A stretch of 64,000 nt of DNA, from the NCBI GenBank assembly GCA_012295275.1, contig CM022678.1, forward strand, positions 17,546,001-17,610,000, written 5' to 3'. Under the pieces are notes generated by a model. The model saw nothing but the letters and a program-made list of their open reading frames with translations, was not told where the DNA came from and ran no database searches. Position 1 is the stretch's first letter. Every line of letters begins with the position of its first letter. Of the stretch, positions 1 through 11,437 are shown one piece after another. Source of the stretch: Chrysomallon squamiferum. Taxonomy: Eukaryota > Animalia > Mollusca. Position numbers and translations under genes: made by a program.

Positions 1-140
1 GTTGTTGCAGTACAGTGAATCTATTTTTTAATAAAGCGTTCATAAATTTGTTTGTTTTCTATTCGAATATTTAGTTTTATTTTTACTTTTTGTTTTTACT
101 TTTTTTATTTATATGTTTATTTTATTATATTTTATTTTTT

Positions 141-187
<47 letters not shown>

Positions 188-303
188 TTGAATTTCTAAA
201 ATTAATTTTATCTATATAAATATATTTTTTTCTTTTTAATAATTTGTTGTTTAGATTAAGCTTTTCCATGATTTATTTTTACATGTTTTACATTTGTCCG
301 TAG

Positions 304-484
304 ACAACGTCAAATGATCAGTTATCTAAAGTACGTCAGGGACGACGTAACCTTACCGCTGAAGGAATCAGAAAGCAGCTCGACAGCATGGTCATGTCGC
401 CGGATTCCTCAGCATACACGACGTTCAGTCTCGACGACGACCACCTCGTAGATGTGCAAGGTAAAAAACAGATTTATATTTTAC

Positions 485-529
<45 letters not shown>

Positions 530-2555
530 GTCTCTGTCTCTCTCTGTCTCTATCTTTCTGTATATCTTTATCATCTCTCTCTCTCTCTGTGTCTCTCTAG
601 TCATCTACCTATCTATGTGTCTGTCTGTCTGTCTGTCTCTCTGTCTGTCTAGCGTTTATGTGTGTATGAATGAGGAAATATGGCTAGGTGTCTGTGTATA
701 TGTTTCTGGGTATGTATAAGGGTGCGTGCGCGCGAGTGTATGTGACATTTTATTTTGCGTTTGGATTCGATGAAGAAATTAGCATAGAAATCAAGATGAT
801 ATCTTTACTGTTAAAAAACTGTATGATTAATTTTTTAATTATTATGTATATATCATGATAAAATTACGGTTATCATCTTTATTATTTATTTGTCTAAGTT
901 TTTTTTTTTTTTTTTTCTTATTTTATTGAGTTTAATTTCTTAATAGAGTATCCTTTCTCACTATAATATTTTCCAGTAAAACAATCTCGTAAAGCTAAAT
1001 ATACGCCAATCTGTATCTACGTAATGTAATTATAAATAATTTATTTTGGAACTATTTGTTTTCGCGTAGGAGCACCACTACTTCACTCCATGAACAACAA
1101 CAATAAATCAAAGCCTCATCACCGCGTAAGAAGACAAGCTGGAATATACGAAATAGAACTCATTCTTTTTCTGGACTATCCACTATATCAGTAGTAAGAG
1201 TTATTTATTATTTATGTATTTATTTATTTATTTATTTGTTGTTATTATTGTTATTATTACTACTACTATTACTATTACTACAATAATAATTATTATGATG
1301 ATCATTCCTGTTATTGTTGCTGTTGTTTACTACTACTATTATCTTTATTACTTCTTACTACTTCGATAAAATCAAAAATATAAACCAGAAACTTATAACC
1401 TTCTGTACGTACTATCAGTTATGCTACTGTATCTGTAAATGATTCTAAATATAGACCTAAATACATATAAAAATAATGTTTTATCGTATTATATGTCAAA
1501 ATTATTCTAAAGAATTTTATTTTTAAAACAATTTAACGTGTGGCATATTTTGTAAATTTTGTATTATATTTCAAAAACCATTCCATATACAGAAATTTTT
1601 TATTGTATAAATGTAAAATAGTTAACGCTCTAAATACCATTTTTCAGCTGGTTAAATCGTAACGTTGGAAATGTAATTGCGACACGTCAAGAAATGGTAG
1701 ACTATTATTCCAATATCGTTAACGCAGTAAGTATTATTATTATATAAAAATTTATTTTCTTTATTTGTTTCGTTGTCGTTACGTTCTGAAAAGGAGGTTT
1801 TATCTCTAGAAGCTAATGGAAAATCCGTTAAACTCTGATTATTTTTATTTGTTGATATATTATTTTTCTATCTCATACGTGTACATAATTACTTCTACTA
1901 CTGCTACTACTAGTGTTGTTACTACTACCACTACTACTAATGTTACTACTACCACTACTACTAGTACTACTGCTACCACTTCATCTACTACTACTGCTGA
2001 TACTAATATCAGTACTACAACTACTGGATTAATGATGCTAAGACTACTACTACATTAATGCTACAACTTCTGCTACTGTTGCTCTAACTACAACAACTCC
2101 TTTAAGTTATACAATGCAAATTTCTACTGTTACTACAACTACTACGAATTTTATTGATATTGTTGTTCTTATTGTTGTTATTGTTATAATAGCATCATCA
2201 TCATCATCATCATTATTGCTGTTGTTATTTTTATTAGTTTTTGTTTTAGTTTATTTTTATTTTTATTTTTAGTCTTATTGTTGTGATTATTATTATTACT
2301 ATTATTATTATTACTATTCTTATTATTATTACAATTATTATTATTACTATTATTATTATTATTACTATTATTATTATTACTACTATTATTATTATTACTA
2401 TTATTATTATTACTATTATTATTAATATTATTATTATTATTACTATTATTATTACTATATTATTATTATTACTATTATTACTATTATTATTATTATTACT
2501 ATTATTATTACTATTACTATTATTATTATTACTATTATTATACTATTATTATTAC

Positions 2556-2605
<50 letters not shown>

Positions 2606-5024
2606 CAAACAGGCGTTTTGACACAGCTACTCGGTCGGGTTTTACAATAGATCTTCTTGTAAACGCTTTTGTCATTGGCGAGGTGAGTATACTGCGCAAA
2701 ATAAATAACTACTGTGAAAAACTCGTGTACAACGTGGCTCACAAGAACTGGGGCAATTACTGTTTCGAAAAACAACAACAACAACAAAACAAAAATAATA
2801 CAGAATTCTCACTACAATAGTATTTTTCCCTTTCTTAAACCTATTCGAAAGAAGATGTACAGAATCCTTTCTTTAAACTCTGTATGCCAGCACCGATATA
2901 CAATGAATGACGTCATCGTATTGTTGACGTCACAACCTTGTCAAATACCTTAATAGTTTTTTGTTTTTTATATTGTCGTTTGAATTTTTCTTTTTTCTTT
3001 TTTTATATGTTTTTGTTTCATCTTCTTTCTTGTTTCTTTTTTTCTTTTTCATTCTTCTTTTTTCCTTTCTTTCTTCTTTTTCTTCTTGATGTTTTTTTTT
3101 ATTATTATTCAATTTTATATTTCAGAGTCCAACAACAACACCATGGACGCAGAATCACAACGTTAGTGGCGTCATTGACGCTGACGCGGCAATCTCGTCG
3201 TTTGCAACTTTCATCTCTACACAAAACGGAGCGATTGGAGGAATTCCTTTTGATCATGCAGCAACCATTTCTGGGTAACTATCGTGCGTTTGTGTGTGTG
3301 TGGGTGCGTGCGCGGTCGTTTGTTTTTGTGTGCGTGTGTGATAGAAACACACACATAGCATTGGATGTGCATGTGTTTGTCTTTGTACGTGTGTACGTGA
3401 TAAATGAATGTGTGTAAGTGTTTATGTCTCTCTCTCTCTCTTCCTCTGTCTCTCCGTCTCTCTGTCTCTCTGTCTCTCTCTCTCTCTCTCTTCCTCAGTC
3501 TCTCCCTCTCTCTCTCTCTTTCCGTCTCTCTGTCTTTCTCTCTTCAGCCTCAGCTTATCTCTTTCTTTTCTTTTATATCTTTCCTTACCTGACCTCATTA
3601 CGTAACAAGCATTTAATTTTTCTTCATTATTTTAGATTTAACCTCGCCAGAAGCGGAGATACTGGAACTGCAGGTAACGTAGAACTTTACACACACGTAC
3701 AACAAACGCGCATCAAGCCCACACACTTTTACTGATTCAACATATACACACACCTACACACGTACACACTATACATGGACGCACGCACAGATACATATGA
3801 AGTCGACTAACACTGAGGAATATTTTCAGGAATTGCTCAGCAAGACTCGACGTGTTCCTCTCAGGCCGCGTCCATCACAGAAGCAGTGAAGAGTCAGGCG
3901 ACAGCCGCCATCTTTGCTCACGAAATCGCACACAGGTAAATACAGTCTCTAGACGTGCTTGTGTTGCTACTGCTACTACTACTACTACTACTGCTGCTGC
4001 TACTACTACTGCTGCTGCTACTGCTACTACTACTACGGCTACTACTACTGCTACTGCTACTGCTACTGCTACTACTACTACGGCTACTACTACTGCTACT
4101 GCTACTGCTACTACTACTACGACTGCTACTACTACTGCTACTATTACTACTACTGCTACTAGTGCTACTACTACTACTGCTACTACTACTGCTACTACTA
4201 CTTACTATTACTACTATACTACTACTACTGCTGCTACTACAACTACTACTGCTGCTACTACTACTACTACTGCTGCTACTACTACTACTACTATTACTAC
4301 TACTAATATTACTACTACTGCTACTACTACTACTACTATTACTATGACTAATACGACTACTACTACTATTACTATGACTAATACGACTACTACTACTATT
4401 TACAGCTATTGTTACCATTACTACTATTGCTATCGTTTTTATTATCAGTTGTTGTTTTATTTATTTTATTTTATTTATTTATTTATTTTTTCTCAGCACG
4501 TTTTCGGGCACATCAATCCCTGTATCCCCCCTCAACCAGTGACGTCAGCTACTATTGCGACTGCAACAACTACAACAATTCTTCCACTATTATGATTATT
4601 ACTATAACCGTTTATACCACAGAAATAAAAATCTTTTCTATTGTTATAACTGCAATAGCTATTTTAACTAGTTAACCATTAAGCCTTTCAACCTATATGA
4701 ATACTATCATTTATATTTTTGTTTTTAACATATAGTATCGGCGCTGTGCATGATGGGACGGGAAATTCCTGTTTGGCCAGTGATGCCTTTATAATGGCGC
4801 CAAGTATAGGACCTGTGACGTCAGCGCAGGCATCCAATCCGTGGACGTTTTCTACTTGTTCAGTGACATCATTTATGACGTTATTGGCAACGTAAGTAAA
4901 TTGGATATGACACGTTGTATGTTATATCTGACAACACCATTTTAAAAGCGATATCTTTCTTGAAAGGATGATGACGATGATGATAATGATAACAACAACA
5001 TCTGTTCGAATACAGACTTCAGAA

Positions 5025-5055
<31 letters not shown>

Positions 5056-5509
5056 TTCATTTAAATTAATTTTTACATTTTTATTTTTATATATATCATT
5101 TATTTTCTCATTTTATATTGTTAATTTAATTTATTTTATTTTATTTTATTTTATTTTATTTTATTTTATTTTATTTTATTTTAATTAATTTATTTATTTA
5201 TTTATTTATTTATATATTTATTTTATTTATTTATTTATTTATTATTTATTTATTTTATTTTATTCTATTTTATTTTATTTTTTTTTATTTTTTTTATTTA
5301 TTTATTTATTTATTTTTTTTATTTTTTTTCAGAGCACCACTCACGTGTACGCGATCACGTCAGGGGACACCACTCGACCTGTCTTCTTACCTGACTCAAG
5401 AGTTTGGTCAGAAATATCCCGCAGACGCTCAGTGTGTTGTGTTGTTTGGAACCGGAGCGAAACTTTGCCGTGTAAACGTTTTGTTATTATTAGTTTTAAA
5501 ACAGTCGTA

Positions 5510-5585
<76 letters not shown>

Positions 5586-5598
5586 GAGACAAACTCTA

Positions 5599-5687
<89 letters not shown>

Positions 5688-7778
5688 CAAGCAAAGACAA
5701 TCTCTATATAGAAATATATATATATATATCTTACGTCAGTTATATTTAATAACGAACTTATTCATCCACGCATTATTTTTAACTCATTCAGTTCACTTTC
5801 TAATTTCTCTCACTTTCACTTTCACTTTCGTTTTCAACTAACTGAATATTTTGTTTATTTCAGAACTTTTACTTTGCCTCGCCTCTCGTGTGGGATGACA
5901 TCTGTATAGACTTGCGCTGCCTCAATCCGGCCAGTGGTCTCTGCTTCCAGACCTTTGCTCACGACGGAACTCAATGTGGCAGTCAGAAAGTGAGTACTCA
6001 CAACTGATGTCTGTTATGAAAAGGAAATGGCGGTTACTTGTGATGTTTTTTTTTTCTTTTTATTTCTTTTTTTAAATGGCTGTCGTTATAAAATACAACG
6101 ACTTATTTTGATTTTGTTCTTTCGTATGTTTTAAATGTTATGTTGTTTTTCTGTTTTAGCTTTTTGATGGTTTATTGTTCTTGTTGTGTGTGGGTTTTTG
6201 GGTTTTTTTTTTTTTTTTTTTTTTAATATGTTTACTATAACGTGAGTTTGTTATTGATTTCCCTTTTCTTTATTAATTTATTTTTAATATCTCTGAGTTT
6301 TAGTGGCATTAGAACAATTTCTGCTCTGTATCAGGGCTGATTTCATTTTACCGGCATCCCAAGTGTTGTTTATAACGTGCAGTTTGGAAATGTGATCGGC
6401 GCCTGCTGATTTTCTTACAGTTAATTAATTTGTGTCTCGTTTCTTTCAGTGGTGTCAGTCGGGAAGATGCGTGTTCAATGCTGCTGCCCCCACTACACCA
6501 GGTACGTCATCCACCTCGTATTTTAGTTTTTAAGTCTTTTCAAAATATTCTCCTTTTGCAGATTCGTCTTTACGTAGTTCGGAAATGCTCTAATCGTTTT
6601 TCTGTAATAGGTCATCGTAAACGTCCGGATTTTTTTAAACGGATCTCTTCGGTTATTTACGTAATTTTCCGTCTTAAAAGTTTACAGAATGTGATTCGTT
6701 TACATTCGTCGAGCTAATATATACTTCGGAATATTTTCTATATGTTTTTTGTGAGGCGTAAAATCCCGGAATTAACCGACCTGAGTTTCAAATAATTTTT
6801 ATTAAGCGGTTTTTTGACGTACAATGACGGAGTTTACCGAAACGTGTTTGTAAAAAAAAAAAAAAATGTGGAAGAAATATTTCGGACATAACCGTCAGGA
6901 AAATATATCGTTCGGACCTTTTCGGCTGATTACGTTTTCAGAAGATGGCAGAAATTGAAGCGTTCTATGAAAACATGTTTCACGAAAGACCTCTAAGAAG
7001 AATATTTAAGAAGACAAATATTTTTGAATTTGAAGACATCGGAAGATAATTATTTTCAAGGTAAGTGAATTGTGACATTATATAAATTTTAATAAAAATG
7101 TTTGTGTGAATTAAATTACAGTTCATAAATTTGAATTACCTTCGTATAATAAGGACATATACATATATATAAACCTGTAATACTTATTGAACTAGCATGT
7201 ACAGGTATTTATATATATCCTAATCAAAAGTATTGTTCAAATAAAAGAATAATAATACTACTAATAAAATAAATAGAAATCAAAAATAAAATTGTTTGAA
7301 TGAATAAATAAATAAATAAATTTGAGCAATGCCACACTTTAGATATATTACCAGATCAGTCTTACAATAGACAGACAGACAGCTAGACAGACAGATATTC
7401 CTACTGGTATGGATGTGTATATATTGTGAATTTATTTGCTTATTATTCTTATTATTATTCATCTTTTTCTTCTGTTTGTATTTTTTTATTTATCTTTTTA
7501 TTTTAATTCCTTTTTATTACTTACTTTCCTTCTTTCTTTCTTCTCACTTTATTAATTTCTCAATATTTATCTGTTTTTGTCTATTTTAGGAGATGTAGAC
7601 ATTTCCATTTTCAAACATCATCTACGGATGCAACTACAACTACATACATCACATTTAAAAAAAATACACGGAAAAAAAAAATGAATGGAAAATAAATATC
7701 TTCTAAACTTCTTTAGTTGTTTTTCTTTGCTTTACTTTCTATTACATACCTTCTTCGCTGTCGTTTTTATTTCTTTCC

Positions 7779-7821
<43 letters not shown>

Positions 7822-9373
7822 GTTTTAAAACTAACAGTTTGAGAATTAAACCACAGTCCATATTCATTTATTTATTTACCGCCCTTCTGAACAGGTTGTA
7901 ATATGTACATACGCATGTATATATATATATATATATATATACGTACGTATGAATATAAATCCCGATTGATGGTATTGCTCAGATAAACAAATAAATAAAT
8001 AAATAAATAAATAAATTATCGTGCAGTGTAAACTGACATAATGTCTCAGTATGTTTTTTCGTTAGTTCAGTATCTCCCACGTATTAACACGTTATAACAC
8101 AGCTGGCTGAACAAGTATTATATATATTTATATACGTTGATTGAGAGGACCGCCACTGTAACAAGTATTATAAACACGTTGACTGAGAGGTCTGCCACTT
8201 TTCGTAACGTGTAAACAAATTTTATCTCTCTACTTTCGATGGACTAGCTACTATACATTGTAACATATTTGCATATTTGTTACTGTTTCAGCTGACTGTC
8301 ACGCTGGTAATGATCCCGACTTCACCTGCACCGACAACGCTCTCTGCAGCAACGCCTTCTTCAACGACATCGTCTGCTGTGCGTTCTGCAAGCCAAACCT
8401 TCCAGCCGTCATTCTTACGACAGTCGGGTCAGCTGCAGGTTCGTCCACGGGTTCTCTCCCTTTAGCGACTGGCGTCGTCGTTGCAGACCAGTCGAGTACA
8501 GCTTCGGGAGGACAGTTGGTGACAGCAACAACGGCAGCGACAGCGGCAGTCCTCAGCACCGGTTCGTTTGCTTCAGCGACGCAGCCCGTGGCGCTCTCAG
8601 CATCGACAACGGGGTCTGTTATCGCGGTGACGTCTGCCGCGTCGCAGCCGTCGACGGGACCGACGGCGATGTCTACTGGGTCTGTAGCGGCAGTAACGCC
8701 AGCTACGTCGGCGGCAAGTTCACAGAGGAGTACAGGCTCTTTTCTGGCTTTGACCGGCGTTACTGAGCTGACGTCTGCAACGTCTGCGGAGGGAAGCACG
8801 GGATCAGTGTTGGCCGAGAGTACAGCCGTCAGTAGCCGAGGCACTACCGGATCGATGTTAGCCGAGAGCACGACCGCCATTACGTCCGGAAGTACCGGAT
8901 CCTTATTAGCTGAAACTCCAACAACAGCCGTAACTTCAGGAAGTACCGGATCCCTTCTAGCCGAAAGTACAACCGCCGTTACGTCCGGAAGTACCGGATC
9001 TTTAGTGGCTGAAAGTACATCGCCCGTAACTTCCGGAAGTACCGGATCTTTAATAGCTGAAAGTACATCGCCCGTAACTTCCGGAAGTACCGGATCTTTA
9101 TTGGCTGAGAGTACAACTGCCGTAACTTCAGGAAGTACCGGATCGTTATTGGCTGAGAGTACAACTGCCGTAACTTCAGGAAGTACCGGATCGTTATTGG
9201 CTGAGAGTACAACTGCCGTAACTTCCGGAAGTACCGGATCTTTATTGGCTGAAAGTACAACTGCCGTAACTTCCGGAAGTACCGGATCTTTATTGGCTGA
9301 AAGTACAACTGCCGTAACTTCCGGAAGTACCGGATCTTTATTGGCTGAGAGTACAACGACCGTAACTTCATAG
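304..9373 (+). CDS. ADAMTS-like reprolysin (M12B) zinc metalloprotease, 5'-partial, isoform A (terminal exon 8292-9373)
   Basis: Phase-consistent GT-AG exons: 304-460, 1070-1193, 1648-1726, 2605-2682, 3126-3274, 3636-3673, 3830-3935, 4736-4891, 5333-5471, 5864-5989, 6450-6501, 8292-9373. Translation shows the prodomain end HHRVRR (furin-type site), YEIELILFLDY (first reprolysin strand), PFDHAATISG, HEIAH|SIGAVHD (HExxHxxGxxHD), FIMAP Met-turn, WTFSTCS, then the ADAMTS-type Cys-rich module FGQKYPADAQC..FG..AKLC..ICIDLRC..CFQTFAHDGTQCGSQKWCQSGRC. Start codon and signal peptide lie upstream of the window. Confidence 0.92.
2283..2600. repeat. (ATT/ACT)n microsatellite, representative of the many simple repeats in the window
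   Basis: Direct inspection. Other tracts include 3965-4400 (CTA/CTG), 5513-5680 (CT), 42995-43085 (GA) and 48610-48960 (ATT). Confidence 0.95.
6530..7045. repeat. Degenerate foldback (imperfect inverted repeat), possibly an old MITE, in the intron after the last shared protease exon
   Basis: Mirrored matches around about 6800: aatattttctatatgtttttt / aaaaaaatgtggaagaaatatt; cggttat / ataaccg; gtctttacgt / acgaaagac; gtctttttcaaaatattctc / gaagaatatttaagaagac. Confidence 0.5.
8292..9373 (+). CDS. Terminal exon A: PLAC-like six-Cys module plus Ser/Thr-rich mucin-like tail
   Basis: Acceptor actgtttcag|CT, phase 1, matching the donor at 6501. Reads (A)DCHAGNDPDFTCTDNALCSNAFFNDIVCCAFC, then an S/T/A-rich tail to TAG at 9371-9373. 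AATAAA at about 9735. Confidence 0.85.
8795..9370 (+). repeat. Coding 48-bp tandem repeat (TGSLLAESTTAVTSGS), about 12 copies
   Basis: Visible in both DNA and ORF 8516-9373; variation is mostly synonymous or conservative. Confidence 0.95.
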
Positions 9374-10430
9374 GCTCAATTAGCAACGTCGGCACCGACA
9401 GCGACAACGTAGTCTGAACTGTTTACAACAACGTAGAGAAACATCTGAGTTATATCTTACTGACTCGGTTTCGCTGGGTTTCCGATTTTCTTTTTATTCG
9501 AGTTACTGCTCCTGTTAGGAACATTTCAACTTGTTTTCATAGATTAATTTCTTTCGAATACTCCATAATTATTATAATTTTAAGATAGTATCAAAATTAA
9601 TACGAGAGTTACGATAATACCGTTTATTTTCGGATTTATTGTCGTAACTTGTAATTATCACTTGACAGTCAACATACAGGTTTTCTTTAAAAGCTAATTT
9701 TTAAATTTCTTTAATTCACTTTTACAGTTCAAATAATAAAAAAAAAAGAGTAAAAAGTAAAAGAAAGAAAAGTAATTGCCTTTTGCTTCTATATTTGTTT
9801 CTTTAATTCTCTGAAACAGTATTAAAGTCAAGTCAGTTTTAGGGCCTTTCGTTTGTTGTATACATTGTGATAGTTTTATTTATGTACATATATATGCATT
9901 TTGACAGTCAGTTCAAACCCAATGGTTACATTGTGATTATTAAACGGTTAAACAAAATATTTTCCGATTTTTTAATTTTACCTAGATTATATATTTTATC
10001 ATCATCATCACCATTGTTATTATTATTATTGTTGTTGTTGTTGTTGGTGGTGGTGTTATTATTATTGTTTTGTTGTTGTTACTGTTGATACTGTTGCTAT
10101 ATTATTATTATTTTGCTATTATTATTACATTTTTGTTGTTAAACTGTTATTATTGTTGTTTTGTTTGTTTCGGTTTTTTAGCAGGGTTTTGTTTTCGTTG
10201 GTTTTTTTGGTGTTGTTTTTTTTGGCTTTCTTCAGATTATTGATATTGTTGATGATCATTTATTTATTGTTATTTATTTCTATTTTTTATTGTTTATTTT
10301 TAGTTTAACGTACACTTTCGATTTTTTATATTTCTCAGAATTATTGTCGTTGTTGTTGCTGCTGTTCGTTGGTATATTTGTTGCAAACGTTACTGTCTTT
10401 CTCCTTCGTTATTATTATTATTATTATTAT

Positions 10431-10474
<44 letters not shown>

Positions 10475-11346
10475 CTGTTATTATTATTATTGTTTTTGTT
10501 GTTGTTGTTATTATTATCGTCATGTTTCTTTTGATTTCGGTGCTGTCGTTGTCGTCATCGTTGTCATCAGAAGTATTTATTCATTTCTTTATTTGTGTAA
10601 ATGCTATTTTACCCCTTGATGCAATATTTAACATGTATAATATACAAATTACACATGTGCATCGTTTAAAAAGATGGTAAATACTTTAAATGCGCCTCGG
10701 ATGATTTTTGACACGAAGTAAGTATGTGTCAATTACTCGACTTTACTAATAGTAAACTGGACAATCACTAACAGAAGTATACGTACTTCAGTGTTAAATG
10801 TAGGATCTACGTAGCTATGTATATATTTATATGTGATAAAGAAATTTGCCTCACGTTAGATGTAATAATCGCTGTATCGCTCCGTCAGATTGCCATTGGT
10901 TAGATGTGCTATAAAATCAGGGATAAACACAAAGAAAGTATGTTACGTATAGGATCTAATTATTGGTATGGGTACTGCCACACTTCATGTAAATAATCAT
11001 AAGGAATGTTAAACTTTATATAATTAAATCAGTCGTAGGAAGAATGCTACCTCTTGACACACTATTCACATAAGTGATAAGAGGTTTGCCACAATTCAGA
11101 TAAATAACCACGTCATTGGTCAGGAGGACTGCCACTCGTACTTGATCATTCAGACGGGACGGTTATCAGATTAATTAATTCGTTCAAAGTGTCTGTTATA
11201 GTTGATCTGAAGAATTAATTCCGAGATAAGTATAACATTTTGTCGCAGAACCGTAATTTAATATACTTAAAGAAATAACCTGACATTTCTGTACAGAAGT
11301 AGTTATAAATGTTACTGCTGACTGACATTCTCACCTGTACAAATGT

Positions 11347-11402
<56 letters not shown>

Positions 11403-11437
11403 TTTTTTAAACCAATATCTATTTACGACTGTTTCAG

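Noticed and set aside
3852-4595. 247-aa poly-Thr mucin-like ORF and overlapping poly-Ser and poly-Leu ORFs
   Set aside because: Intronic (CTA/CTG)n microsatellite between the HEIAH and SIGAVHD exons.
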